A DNA stretch of 60,427 bases. It comes from Deltaproteobacteria bacterium (GTDB lineage Bacteria > Desulfobacterota > Syntrophobacteria > BM002). Below, piece after piece: positions 1-9,881 of this stretch (the first letter of the stretch is position 1; the number at the start of each line of letters is the position of its first letter). The position numbers and the translations under genes are program-made. The notes below the pieces were generated by a model that did no database searches, had not been told where the DNA came from, and saw only the letters and a program-made list of their open reading frames with translations. The stretch covers positions 66,139 to 126,565 of the forward strand of contig CP070692.1 of assembly GCA_020353215.1 (NCBI GenBank), in the 5' to 3' direction.

Positions 1-338
1 TGACCACTGGAAACGAGATGATCATGGAACAAATTGTCAAGCAGCTTAACAAGCTGGTCAATGTGATCAAGGTCATCGATTTTCGGGAGGTGGACTTTGT
101 GGACCGGGAGCTGGCTCTGATCAAGGTAAGGGCCGAGGCCAACACCCGTGCTGAGGTGCTGCGCATTGTGGATATTTTCCGCTGTAAGGTGGTGGATGTA
201 AGCCCCCAATTGTACACCATTGAAGTAACCGGGGACGAGAAGAAGCTCCAGGCCATCCTCGAACTACTCAACCAGCTTGGAATTGTCGAAGTAGTTCGCG
301 CCGGTAAAGTTGCCATGGCTCGAAGCAAGAAGAGTTAG
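1..338 (+). CDS. ilvN: acetolactate synthase small (regulatory) subunit, C-terminal part; the 5' end lies outside the window
   Basis: The frame is open from nt 3 to the stop at 336-338. The sequence has ACT-domain-like small-subunit character (VIKVIDF...ELALIKV...[12 protein letters not shown]). It lies immediately upstream of ilvC. Confidence 0.8.
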   Translation, partial: TTGNEMIMEQIVKQLNKLVNVIKVIDFREVDFVDRELALIKVRAEANTRAEVLRIVDIFRCKVVDVSPQLYTIEVTGDEKKLQAILELLNQLGIVEVVRAGKVAMARSKKS

Positions 339-402
339 TCCTCCGGTTCAGAAGTTTTCTGAAGAACTTAACTGGTTAGGACTGGCCACACAGGAGGCTA
401 TG

Positions 403-1395
403 ATGAAAATCTACTACGATTCGGATGCCGATTTGAACGTGCTCGAAGGGAAAAAAGTGGCGATCATTGGCTACGGCAGTCAGGGTCACGCCCAAGCACA
501 GAACTTGAGGGACAGTGGAGTGGATGTGGTCGTCGCCGAACTGCCGAGGACCGCCAACTACGACCTGGCGAAGGAGCATGGCTTCGAGCCCATCACAGCG
601 AGTGATGCTTCGGGCCTTGCCGACGTGGTCCAGATTCTTGCCCAGGACGACGTTCAGGCGAAATTGTATCGGGATGAAGTGAGCCCGAACATGAACGAGG
701 GCAAAACCCTGGTCTTCTCTCATGGCTTCAACATCCACTTCGGTCAGATCCAGCCGGCGCCCGATCTGGATGTGGTAATGATTGCCCCCAAAGGTCCCGG
801 CCATCTGGTGCGAAGTGAATACGAAAAAGGCGCTGGCGTGCCGTCTTTGGTTGCCATTCACCAGGATGCCAGTGGACGCGCCTTGGAAACAGCCCTCGCC
901 TATGCCAAAGGGCTGGGAGCCACCCGAGCCGGGGTTATTCAAACCACCTTTGAAGAGGAGACCGAAACCGACCTCTTCGGTGAACAGACAGTCCTTTGTG
1001 GCGGGGTCTCCGAGCTGGTGAAGGCGGGATTCGACACTTTGGTGGAGGCCGGATACCAGCCGGAGATCGCTTATTTCGAGTGCCTTCACGAGCTCAAGCT
1101 TATTGTTGACCTCTTCTACCAAGGAGGCATCTCCTACATGCGCTACTCCGTGAGCGATACGGCTGAGTACGGAGATTACTCCCGTGGTAATCGTATCATT
1201 ACCGAGGAAACCAGAGAAACCATGCGGGAGATTCTCGCAGAGGTGCAGAGCGGCCAGTTCGCCCGCGAGTGGATTCTGGAAAACCAGGCCGGGCGCCCGG
1301 TCTTCAATGCCATGCGCCGGATGAATAAAGAACACCCCATCGAGGAGGTGGGAGAAAAACTCCGCGCCATGATGCCCTGGTTGAAAAAGGCCTAG
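403..1395 (+). CDS. ilvC: ketol-acid reductoisomerase
   Basis: The N-terminus [11 protein letters not shown] and the Rossmann motif [19 protein letters not shown] are present, with KARI-like sequence across the full length. AGGAGG at 392-397 favours the ATG at 403; an ATG at 400 is also possible. The listed ORF start at 310 overlaps ilvN and is unlikely. Confidence 0.95.
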   Translation: MKIYYDSDADLNVLEGKKVAIIGYGSQGHAQAQNLRDSGVDVVVAELPRTANYDLAKEHGFEPITASDASGLADVVQILAQDDVQAKLYRDEVSPNMNEGKTLVFSHGFNIHFGQIQPAPDLDVVMIAPKGPGHLVRSEYEKGAGVPSLVAIHQDASGRALETALAYAKGLGATRAGVIQTTFEEETETDLFGEQTVLCGGVSELVKAGFDTLVEAGYQPEIAYFECLHELKLIVDLFYQGGISYMRYSVSDTAEYGDYSRGNRIITEETRETMREILAEVQSGQFAREWILENQAGRPVFNAMRRMNKEHPIEEVGEKLRAMMPWLKKA

Positions 1396-1412
1396 TGCAT
1401 TGCCGGCACCAC

Positions 1413-1437
1413 CGGACCTTCTGTCCAGGTTTTTTTT
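1413..1437 (+). terminator. weak hairpin plus T8 run after ilvC (possible attenuating terminator)
   Basis: GGAC-cttct-GTCC is followed by tttttttt at 1430-1437. The stem is only about 4 bp. Confidence 0.3.
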
Positions 1438-1459
1438 GTATAAGTGGTAAGGGTAATTT

Positions 1460-2137
1460 ATGCGACGCCTTCTCATCGCAAAGGAAGGTCTGCCGTATAC
1501 CATCGGCCTGGCAGTGCTGGCCGCCCTCTTCGCCTTCTTGGGCTTACAGTTTTTGACCGGTTTGACTTTGATCGCCACTCTGTTGGTGATAAACTTCTTT
1601 CGTGATCCTAATCGGGTAATCCCGAACGTTCCACATGCGGTCCTTGCTCCGGCTGACGGCCGCATAGTTTTCGCCGGGCCCGCATTCGAAGATCGGTTCC
1701 TCAATAGAGAAACCCTGAAGGTAAGCATCTTCATGTCAATCTTCAATGTCCACGTGAACCGGATCCCCTTCTCTGGCGAGGTGGAAAGTGTTCACTACGA
1801 AAAGGGCAAGTTTCTCTCTGCCAATTTGGACCAGGCTTCCTGGAGCAACGAACAGAATGTTGTTCATTTGCATGTGCCAGGAGGAGGAGAGATACTTTTT
1901 GTACAGATCGCCGGGCTGGTTGCCCGGCGAATAGTTTGCTCGTTGAAACCTGGGGATCATGTTCGACGGGGAGACCGTTTTGGCATGATTCGCTTCGGCT
2001 CCAGACTGGATCTCCATGTTCCAACTGACAGCCACCTGGCAGTAAAGAAGGGGCAACGTGTAAAGGCGGGGGAGAGCATCGTATGCTACTATCCAAGAAA
2101 CAAAGAAGACGAGGAAGACAAGAAACGCGACAGGTGA
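1460..2137 (+). CDS. psd: phosphatidylserine decarboxylase proenzyme (short, archaetidylserine-decarboxylase-like form)
   Basis: There are N-terminal TM helices and a C-terminal FGSRLD motif containing the G-S self-cleavage/pyruvoyl site. It is paired with pssA. Confidence 0.8.
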   Translation: MRRLLIAKEGLPYTIGLAVLAALFAFLGLQFLTGLTLIATLLVINFFRDPNRVIPNVPHAVLAPADGRIVFAGPAFEDRFLNRETLKVSIFMSIFNVHVNRIPFSGEVESVHYEKGKFLSANLDQASWSNEQNVVHLHVPGGGEILFVQIAGLVARRIVCSLKPGDHVRRGDRFGMIRFGSRLDLHVPTDSHLAVKKGQRVKAGESIVCYYPRNKEDEEDKKRDR

Positions 2138-2904
2138 GGAGAGGCATTTACATCCTGCCGAACCTTTTAACCACGGCCAACCTGTTCTGTGGCTTCTACG
2201 GAATCATTGCCTCCATCAAGCATGATTTCAAGACCGCAGCCATAGCCATCATAATTTCCTGTTTGTTCGACATACTTGATGGGAAGGTGGCGCGCTTTAC
2301 CGGTGCGGATAGTCGTTTCGGGCTGGAATATGACTCTTTGGCGGACTTGGTAGCGTTTGGCTTGGGACCTGCTCTTTTAGTCTACTTATGGGCCCTCGAG
2401 CCCTTCGGCCGTCTTGGTTGGGTGGCTGCCTTCATATTTGTGGCCTGCGGTGCCCTCCGGTTGGCTCGGTTCAATGTCCAGGTCAGCAGTGTTTCCAAGA
2501 AGTACTTCGTTGGCCTGCCCATCCCGGCCGCCGCCTGTATGGTTGCCACAACAGTGCTGATCTTCTATCACCTGAAAGGTAGTGGCCCCACCAAGCACCT
2601 GTTGCTCCTCGCCATGACCTATTTGCTTGGATTCCTGATGGTGAGCAACGTGACGTACAGTAGCTTCAAGGAGTTCGACTGGTTCCAGAAGATGCCTTTT
2701 AGGTCATTCGTCCTCACTATTCTGCTTTTCTCGGTGATCGCCGTTCAACCTTCAATAATGTTGTTTACCTTGGCCATAATCTATGTGAGTTCCGGTCCGG
2801 TTGGTTACGCACGTAGGATGCTCAAGAGTCACTTGAGTATGCCACCACAACCGGAAGAAACACTTAACCAGGACCCTTCAACTTCGGAAAAAGGAACACA
2901 ATAG
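2083..2904 (+). CDS. pssA: CDP-diacylglycerol--serine O-phosphatidyltransferase
   Basis: The CDP-alcohol phosphatidyltransferase motif D-G-x2-A-R-x8-G-x3-D-x3-D is present in DILDGKVARFTGADSRFGLEYDSLADL. The protein is polytopic. An in-frame GTG at 2134 would give a GTGA start/stop overlap with psd and is an equally good start. Confidence 0.85.
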   Translation: MLLSKKQRRRGRQETRQVRRGIYILPNLLTTANLFCGFYGIIASIKHDFKTAAIAIIISCLFDILDGKVARFTGADSRFGLEYDSLADLVAFGLGPALLVYLWALEPFGRLGWVAAFIFVACGALRLARFNVQVSSVSKKYFVGLPIPAAACMVATTVLIFYHLKGSGPTKHLLLLAMTYLLGFLMVSNVTYSSFKEFDWFQKMPFRSFVLTILLFSVIAVQPSIMLFTLAIIYVSSGPVGYARRMLKSHLSMPPQPEETLNQDPSTSEKGTQ

Positions 2905-2947
2905 CGGGGACTCTACGCAGATTGGTTGGGTCCTTGCGACTCAGGAT

Positions 2948-2996
2948 TTCCTCCTTCCGGTTCCGTGTGTCAGAGAAGGGGGAAATTTTATTTTTT
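2948..2996 (+). terminator. intrinsic terminator after pssA
   Basis: A 10-bp stem pairs ttcctccttc (2948-2957) with gaagggggaa (2975-2984), including one G-U pair. It is followed by attttatttttt. Confidence 0.6.
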
Positions 2997-3193
2997 GTCC
3001 ACGTCGGTTTTCCACGGCAGGGTGTCCGATATTTTTCTGTTGCGGAGTAGTTGGGCGTTTCTTGGGCAAATTGACTTCCCTGATGTCATTTTCAAGATGC
3101 CGGCCGTATGGTTTTAAAAGACATGCACCGGACAACCAAGAACAGACGTCTGTGTGAATAGCCCGGCAATCCTGAGGCAAAAAGGTGCTTTCT

Positions 3194-4453
3194 ATGGGAA
3201 TGACCATTACCGAGAAGATTCTGGCTGACCATGCCGGCCTGGATAAAGTCGAACCAGGACAGCTCATCCAGGTCAATGTTGATTTTGCTCTCGCCAATGA
3301 CATCACTGCACCCATTGCCATTGAGCGCTTCCACGAGGCTGGTGCCGAAAAGATTTTTGATCCTCATCGCCTTGCCCTCGTTCCCGATCACTTTGTACCC
3401 AACAAGGATATCGAATCGGCCGTCCAGTGCAAGCTACTCCGCGATTTTGCCATTGAGCACAATCTCCCGCATTTCTTTGAGGTGGGACGCATGGGTATTG
3501 AACACGCACTCCTCCCGGAACAGGGACTTGTGCTCCCGGGTGATGTCGTTGTCGGCGCAGACAGCCATACCTGTACCTATGGAGGACTAGGCGCGTTTGC
3601 CACCGGGGTGGGGAGCACGGACCTTGCCGCCGTTATGATCACTGGACAGACTTGGTTCCGCGTGCCCGCGTCCATCAAGTTTGTCTTCCAGGGGAATTTG
3701 CGCCCCTGGGTTACCGGCAAGGACCTCATTCTCTATACCATTGGCCAGATCGGCGTTGATGGCGCTCGTTATAGGACGATGGAGTTCACCGGCCCGGTGA
3801 TCGCCCAGCTGACGATGGATCAACGGTTGACCATTGCAAACATGGCTATTGAAGCAGGGGCAAAGAACGGCATCATCGTCCCGGATGAGTGCACCCGGGC
3901 CTATGTGGATGAAAGAGCACAGCGTGCTTACCGTTTCTACAACAGCGATGCCGACGCCCTGTATGAAGAGGTGATGACGTTCGATGTCGGTGAGATTGAG
4001 CCCCAGGTGGCGCTGCCACCTTCTCCGGCAAACAGCCGCCCGGTGTCGTCTTTGAACGAAATCCCCATCCAGCAGGTGATTATCGGCTCCTGCACCAACG
4101 GCCGTTTGGAGGACCTTCGCTTGGCTGCGCAGTTGCTGGCCGGCCACCGGGTGGCACCAGGGGTGCGCTGTTTGATTATCCCTGCAACCCAGGCAATTTA
4201 CCGTCGGGCCGTTGATGAAGGGCTGTTCAGTGTATTCTTGGAGGCTGAAGCTGCGATCAGCACTCCCACCTGCGGCCCCTGCCTGGGCGGACACATGGGT
4301 ATTCTCGCTCCCGGAGAACGGGCCGTAGCTACCACCAACCGGAATTTCGTGGGAAGAATGGGACATCCGGAGAGCGAGGTTTATTTGGCGTCGCCGGCCG
4401 TAGCTGCAGCCTCGGCGATTCTTGGTCGCATCGCCGGCCCGGAGGACTTGTGA
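3194..4453 (+). CDS. leuC: 3-isopropylmalate dehydratase large subunit (aconitase-family, short archaeal/delta type)
   Basis: Aconitase-family Fe-S ligand motifs are present (GADSHTCT, GSCTNGRLEDL, CGPCLGGH). It is followed by leuD and leuB. The ATG at 3194 is preceded by aaggtg; GTG at 3185 and ATG at 3200 are alternatives. Confidence 0.9.
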   Translation: MGMTITEKILADHAGLDKVEPGQLIQVNVDFALANDITAPIAIERFHEAGAEKIFDPHRLALVPDHFVPNKDIESAVQCKLLRDFAIEHNLPHFFEVGRMGIEHALLPEQGLVLPGDVVVGADSHTCTYGGLGAFATGVGSTDLAAVMITGQTWFRVPASIKFVFQGNLRPWVTGKDLILYTIGQIGVDGARYRTMEFTGPVIAQLTMDQRLTIANMAIEAGAKNGIIVPDECTRAYVDERAQRAYRFYNSDADALYEEVMTFDVGEIEPQVALPPSPANSRPVSSLNEIPIQQVIIGSCTNGRLEDLRLAAQLLAGHRVAPGVRCLIIPATQAIYRRAVDEGLFSVFLEAEAAISTPTCGPCLGGHMGILAPGERAVATTNRNFVGRMGHPESEVYLASPAVAAASAILGRIAGPEDL

Positions 4454-4681
4454 GCCTCAACTAACCAGTAAGAGCACAAGGACGAACTGAAACTCACTGC
4501 AGTTCGGCTTGAACGGGATGGAGAATGCGCTCGCTGGGTCACTGCAAGCCGACGAAACTCAAACAACGATTGAGGCTGAGTTCGGGCCGCGGGCTAAAGT
4601 TGATTACGATAGCCATTTTTCCTTGTGTGAACTTCGTGACCTCCGTGGTCTACTAGAATCTGGGAAGCGGGAAGAAAACCA

Positions 4682-5176
4682 ATGAAACTGGCGGGGAAAG
4701 CCTGGAAATTTGGAGCCGATATTGATACTGATGCCATCATTCCGGCTCGCTATCTGAACACTTCCGACCCTGTGGAGCTAGCCAAGCACTGCATGGAGGA
4801 CGCAGATCCAGAATTTGCCCTGAGGGTGTCCCCGGGGGACGTTATCGTTGCTGGCAGGAATTTTGGCTGCGGTTCGTCTCGCGAGCACGCGCCCATGGCA
4901 ATTAAAGCCGCTGGAGTATCCTGCGTTATTGCAGCCAGCTTTGCTCGCATCTTTTACCGGAACTCGTTCAATATGGGGTTGCCTATTTTGGAGTCGCAGA
5001 AGGCAGCCATAGACATTGCCACAGGGGACCGGTTGGAACTGGATCTTTCCACCGGAACAATTGTCAATACAAGTCGACACACTACCTACCAGGCACAGCC
5101 GGTGCCGCAGTTCATGCAGGAATTGTTGGCCTCCGGTGGTCTGATTCCGCATGTAATGAAGCGATTGCGGGATTGA
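4682..5176 (+). CDS. leuD: 3-isopropylmalate dehydratase small subunit
   Basis: The aconitase swivel-domain motif GRNFGCGSSREHA is present. The size and context match leuD. Confidence 0.9.
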   Translation: MKLAGKAWKFGADIDTDAIIPARYLNTSDPVELAKHCMEDADPEFALRVSPGDVIVAGRNFGCGSSREHAPMAIKAAGVSCVIAASFARIFYRNSFNMGLPILESQKAAIDIATGDRLELDLSTGTIVNTSRHTTYQAQPVPQFMQELLASGGLIPHVMKRLRD

Positions 5177-5335
5177 TGCATTGGAGAATCGGAGAATCAA
5201 TACGTGAAAGACCCTGAACAAACTGTGTTACAGGTAACTATAGTCGGGTAAATCCTGGATGGTTTGAAGCTCCGGATTCTTAATACTCTGCAAACGCTCT
5301 CTACTCGACGACATTTGAAAGGACAGGAGAGTTTG

Positions 5336-6400
5336 ATGGGAAATACCTATAGGATTGGCGTGATTCCGGGTGACGGCACCGGTCCTGAGGTTGTGGCCCA
5401 AGGCCTCAAGGTGCTGGGAGCCGCGGCTGCCCGTAGTGGTTTTTCTTATGAATTGATTACTTACGACATTGGTGGCGAACGATACTTGCGCACAGGTGAG
5501 ACCCTGCCGAACTCTGTGCTCGGGGAACTGCGAGAACTGCACGCCATTTATCTGGGTGCCATCGGCCATCCGGAGGTCCAACCAGGTATTCTGGAACAGG
5601 GAATATTGTTGAGGACGAGGTTTGCTCTGGACCAATACATCAACCTGCGCCCGGTAATTCTTTATCCTGGCGTCTGGACACCGCTGCGGGACAAAAAGCC
5701 GGAAGACATCAACTTTATGGTTGTGCGCGAAAACACCGAAGGCCTCTATGCGGGCTGTGGTGGTTTCGTGAAAAAGCACACCCCGGACGAGGTCGCGGTC
5801 CAAGAATCGGTGAATACGCGTAAAGGAGTGGAGCGATGTATCCGCTATGCCTTTGATCTTTGCCGTCGCCAACAGCGTCGAAAGGTCACCTTGTGCGGGA
5901 AAACCAATGTGCTTACTTACGCTTTCGACCTTTGGGAACGTACGTTCCAACACGTAGCCCGAGAGTTCGCGGATGTAGAGACGGACTACGCTCACGTGGA
6001 TGCCCTCTGCATGTGGATGGTTAAGAATCCCGAGTGGTTTGACGTGATAGTCACTGACAACCTTTTCGGCGACATTATCACCGATTTGGGGGCAGTGATC
6101 CAAGGAGGAATGGGCATAGCCGCGGGAGGCAACATAAATCCACATGGGGTCTCCATGTTTGAACCCATAGGAGGTTCCGCACCCAAATACACCGGCAAGG
6201 ATATGATCAATCCCATGGCGGCAATTGCTGCACTGGCCATGCTTTTAGAGAATTTGGGCGAAAAAGATGCCAGCCGTCTGGTGGAAAACGCCATCAAGCA
6301 GGTGGTTCGAGACGACCTCCAGAGCATGGACGCCGGACGCATGGGTCATACGACGGCGGAAGTCGGTGATCTTGTAGTCAAATACATCACTGAGAACTAG
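5336..6400 (+). CDS. leuB: 3-isopropylmalate dehydrogenase (tartrate-dehydrogenase-like subfamily)
   Basis: It has the N-terminus MGNTYRIGVIPGDGTGPEV and the motifs NLFGDIITDLG and VRENTEGLY. AGGAGA at 5325-5330 lies 5 nt upstream of the ATG at 5336. The listed ORF start at 5264 adds a non-homologous leader. Confidence 0.9.
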   Translation: MGNTYRIGVIPGDGTGPEVVAQGLKVLGAAAARSGFSYELITYDIGGERYLRTGETLPNSVLGELRELHAIYLGAIGHPEVQPGILEQGILLRTRFALDQYINLRPVILYPGVWTPLRDKKPEDINFMVVRENTEGLYAGCGGFVKKHTPDEVAVQESVNTRKGVERCIRYAFDLCRRQQRRKVTLCGKTNVLTYAFDLWERTFQHVAREFADVETDYAHVDALCMWMVKNPEWFDVIVTDNLFGDIITDLGAVIQGGMGIAAGGNINPHGVSMFEPIGGSAPKYTGKDMINPMAAIAALAMLLENLGEKDASRLVENAIKQVVRDDLQSMDAGRMGHTTAEVGDLVVKYITEN

Positions 6401-6437
6401 TCTGCATGACGTAGCTCAGTGAGAGAGGGCTTGCCGT

Positions 6438-7457
6438 ATGAAAAGGGATTACAACTTAGCAGTGGCAGGTGCCACGGGAGCGGTGGGGAACGAGATGATA
6501 AAGATCCTCGAGGAATTGCAGTTTCCAGTGGCTTCTCTCAAGCTACTGGCCTCGTCTCGTTCTGCGGGCCAAACTCTCGAGTTTCAGGGCGAAAATCTGA
6601 CTGTGGAAGAACTCCGTGATGACTCGTTTCAAGGGGTAGACCTCGCCCTTTTTTCCGCTGGCGCCTCGGTCAGTAGGGATTTCGCCCCCATAGCGGCAGC
6701 ATCTGGCTGTGTGGTCATCGACAATTCCAGCGCCTGGCGCATGGATCCTGAGGTGCCGTTGGTGGTCCCTGAAGTAAATCCGCACGCCATCGGGGGCTAC
6801 CGAAACAAAGGCATCATTGCCAACCCGAACTGTTCTACCATCCAGATGGTTGTGGTTCTCAAACCCATCTACGATGCCGTGGGAATCGAACGTGTGGTGG
6901 TATCCACGTACCAGGCCGTATCCGGAACCGGCAAGCGGGCCATGGAGGAATTAGCCGACCAGACCAGAAAACTCCTGACCTTTCAGGAAGTCGAGCCCGA
7001 AGTCTATCCCTACCGGATAGCATTTAACTGTTTCCCACATATCGGCGGCTTTCTGGAAAACGGATATACAGAAGAAGAAATGAAAATGGTCAACGAAACC
7101 GTAAAGATTATGGAAGATCTCGACATCGGGATAAGCGCGACCACCGTGCGCATTCCAGTCTTCTATGGGCACTCGGAAGCGGTGAACATTCAAACCAGAG
7201 CGAAGCTTTCTGCCAAGGATGCCCGAGTCCTGCTGTTTCAGGCTCCCGGGGTAAGGGTGTTGGACAACCCGGATGAGCGGATCTATCCCATGCCGATTGA
7301 GGCGGCTGGGACGAATGACACCTTGGTGGGTCGGATTAGAGAAGATACTTCAATAGCAAATGGCTTGGACATCTGGATTGTGGCTGATAACATCCGCAAG
7401 GGTGCTGCCCTAAATACCGTGCAGATCGCAGAACTCCTGGTGAAGGACTTCATGTAG
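6438..7457 (+). CDS. asd: aspartate-semialdehyde dehydrogenase
   Basis: It has the NAD-binding motif LAVAGATGAVG and the active-site motif ANPNCSTIQ. The C-terminal domain is typical of Asd. Confidence 0.95.
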   Translation: MKRDYNLAVAGATGAVGNEMIKILEELQFPVASLKLLASSRSAGQTLEFQGENLTVEELRDDSFQGVDLALFSAGASVSRDFAPIAAASGCVVIDNSSAWRMDPEVPLVVPEVNPHAIGGYRNKGIIANPNCSTIQMVVVLKPIYDAVGIERVVVSTYQAVSGTGKRAMEELADQTRKLLTFQEVEPEVYPYRIAFNCFPHIGGFLENGYTEEEMKMVNETVKIMEDLDIGISATTVRIPVFYGHSEAVNIQTRAKLSAKDARVLLFQAPGVRVLDNPDERIYPMPIEAAGTNDTLVGRIREDTSIANGLDIWIVADNIRKGAALNTVQIAELLVKDFM

Positions 7458-7793
7458 CAAAGAAGCCTCACTCCACCCGTTGAAACCACGTCCTTCCCCG
7501 CCTAGCGGGATCATCGATTGGCGTGGTCAGAGGTTAGCGACTTTGCCTGGAAGCGTTCCGGCGAGGAGTATTGGATGTAGCGGTTGCTGATCTCAGATGG
7601 GAACAGGTCGCAGGCGATGGCTTGGCAGCCCTAGCCGGTTTTTCAACTGCCAATAGATCACACAATTCTGAATAAGCGATTCACTATATCGAGCCATCTG
7701 AAATATCCATCGCACCGGTACCCCCGACAACACTCAGGGCAGCAGGTATCTATCAGCCCCGAACTCTTTATCTCACTTTAGACACGTTTTCTG

Positions 7794-8603
7794 ATGACAT
7801 TTCTTCGAGACCTGACGTTAGGCCACTACTACCCGACGAGTTCGTCGATCCACTCGCTTGACCCCAGAATAAAGCTCTTCGGTTTGTTGCTGAGCGCAGT
7901 TACTCTCTTTGCCCTCGATAGGATTTGGGGGTTGGTCCTTTTCTTTTTCGCCTCGCTTTGGATCACGTATCGCGCCCAATTGCCTTTGGTCATGGTTCTT
8001 CGAGGGCTGCGGCCATTCACCAGTCTGTTCCTCCTCACCGCCGTTCTGCAGCTGTTCTTCACCGCCGGAAAACCCCTCGTACCTGTTCGCTTGGGCCCGT
8101 TGAGTATCACTCATGAGGGATTGTATTATGCCGTGCTCATCGGAGGCAAGCTGTGCCTCGTCATTCTCTTATCCTCCATCTTCACTCTTACTACTTCACC
8201 GTTGGAACTCCTTCGTGCCATGGAGAAATTGGGTAAACCCCTGACCCGAATCCGGATTCCGGTGGCAGACCTGTGCTTGGCAATGTTACTCTGCATTCGT
8301 TTTCTCCCGATCCTGGGCCATGAGGCAGAGCGAATCCTGGAAGCACAGAAGGCACGTGGAATTGATCCCTATTCAGGAGCTTGGCGCAACCGTTTGCAAA
8401 AATTTCATGGAATTTTTCTCCCGCTGATCTATAATGTCTTCGGACGTGCAGAGGAATTGGCCACCGCCTTAGCGATCCGTGGCTACGGGCAGGGCGAGGA
8501 AAAACGGATGCTGGATGACATGCGTCTGACAATCTCTGACTGCATATGGCTCGCTGCAGTCACCTTCTGGTGCGTTACGCTCCTCTGGCTCTTCCAAACC
8601 TAG
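7794..8603 (+). CDS. ecfT: energy-coupling factor (ECF) transporter transmembrane T component (CbiQ family)
   Basis: It is polytopic and about 269 aa. The conserved coupling-helix region (ARG...IRGY) is typical of EcfT/CbiQ. Confidence 0.75.
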   Translation: MTFLRDLTLGHYYPTSSSIHSLDPRIKLFGLLLSAVTLFALDRIWGLVLFFFASLWITYRAQLPLVMVLRGLRPFTSLFLLTAVLQLFFTAGKPLVPVRLGPLSITHEGLYYAVLIGGKLCLVILLSSIFTLTTSPLELLRAMEKLGKPLTRIRIPVADLCLAMLLCIRFLPILGHEAERILEAQKARGIDPYSGAWRNRLQKFHGIFLPLIYNVFGRAEELATALAIRGYGQGEEKRMLDDMRLTISDCIWLAAVTFWCVTLLWLFQT

Positions 8604-8744
8604 GGTGAGAGTTGCTGCTTCTTGCTATCCTTATAGAAGGCCAAGACACATGCCTTCGATGAAAGCCAGGTTGAATTGAGGATTTCGAGCAAGCTCTGCT
8701 CCGGTTCCTCACCTTAGGCTTACGACTTAGATGGGCACTGCCAA

Positions 8745-9299
8745 GTGCGAATTATAGCTGGGAAGCACAGAGGCCTCCGTCTAGCATCCCCAAAAGGTAA
8801 GCGGTTGAGGCCTACCGCTGAGCGGGTGCGGGAGGCCATCTTCAGTATGGTAGGCTTGGATTTGAGCGGGCTTTGGGTGTTGGACCTCTTCGCAGGCACC
8901 GGCGCCATGGGCCTTGAGGCCTTCAGTCGGGGCGCGGCTTTTGTCGTGTTAGTTGACTATCATCTCGCGGCCTCGCGGCTCATTTCTAGAAATCTCGCTA
9001 CCCTCGGCAACCCTCAGCATGTTCGGCTTTACAGACAAGACCTCCGCCGGGGACTGAAGTGGCTCACGCGCCAGGGTTGGCACTTCGATCTGGTGTTCTT
9101 GGATCCTCCCTATGGCAGCGACCTCAGCCAACGCTGTCTAACACAATTGGGGAGCGGTGCCCTGCTAAACCTGTCCGCCACAGTAATAAGCGAGCATGAC
9201 TTGGATGAGACCCTTGCCCTAACTTACGGCTGTCTGCAGCGCCAGACGACACGCCGTTATGGTAACACCGCAGTGAGCTGTTATAGACGGGAGAATTAA
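8745..9299 (+). CDS. rsmD: 16S rRNA (guanine966-N2)-methyltransferase
   Basis: It has MRIIAGKHRGLRL..P.G...RPT..RVREAIF at the N-terminus and the VFLDPPYG motif. It pairs with coaD in the conserved arrangement. The start is GTG. Confidence 0.9.
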   Translation: MRIIAGKHRGLRLASPKGKRLRPTAERVREAIFSMVGLDLSGLWVLDLFAGTGAMGLEAFSRGAAFVVLVDYHLAASRLISRNLATLGNPQHVRLYRQDLRRGLKWLTRQGWHFDLVFLDPPYGSDLSQRCLTQLGSGALLNLSATVISEHDLDETLALTYGCLQRQTTRRYGNTAVSCYRREN

Positions 9300-9802
9300 T
9301 GCGCATGCAAGATAGCAGAGTGGCTGTTTACGCCGGATCCTTTGATCCCATCACCAATGGACATCTGGATTTGCTCGACCGCGCCCTGAAGATCTTTGAT
9401 AATATTATTATCGCGGTGGCTGAAAACCCAGCGAAAAAACCGCTTTTCACCCTAGATGAACGGCTTGAGCTCATTCGCGCCAGTTTGCTCACCCACGCCG
9501 AACCTAACCGTATTCAGGTGGACAGTTTCCAGGGGCTGCTGGTGGATTACGTGGAACGGACTGGCGCCGTTGCTATACTCAGGGGACTGAGAGCTGTAAG
9601 CGACTTTGAGTATGAATTCCAGATGGCCCTGATGAATCGCAAGTTGAGCCGCAAACCCGAAACCATGTACTTAATGACGGGAGCACGTTGGATCTATATT
9701 TCATCTAGGATAATCAAGGAGGTTGTGCAAGCGGGAGGCTGTGTCACTGGCCTGGTGCCAGAAGCAGTGGAGCACAAACTGCAAACGAAGTTTCGCCCCT
9801 AA
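9299..9802 (+). CDS. coaD: phosphopantetheine adenylyltransferase
   Basis: The nucleotidyltransferase motif VYAGSFDPITNGHLDL is present. The gene overlaps the rsmD stop in a TAATG junction. Confidence 0.95.
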   Translation: MRMQDSRVAVYAGSFDPITNGHLDLLDRALKIFDNIIIAVAENPAKKPLFTLDERLELIRASLLTHAEPNRIQVDSFQGLLVDYVERTGAVAILRGLRAVSDFEYEFQMALMNRKLSRKPETMYLMTGARWIYISSRIIKEVVQAGGCVTGLVPEAVEHKLQTKFRP

Positions 9803-9881
9803 TTTAGTCGGCAATCCAGACTGTTCACTGGTGGATTCGCCTGAAGGCGCAACGAGTGACCGAAAACCTGAAGTGCCGGGG

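Noticed and set aside
376-1746. 456-aa ORF on the minus strand
   Set aside because: It is entirely antisense to ilvC and the psd start. Its composition is Arg/Gly/Ala/His-rich shadow-ORF composition. ilvC is unambiguous on the opposite strand.
3587-4366. 259-aa minus-strand ORF
   Set aside because: It is an antisense shadow of leuC with no motifs.
5228-6145. 305-aa minus-strand ORF
   Set aside because: It is an antisense shadow of leuB.
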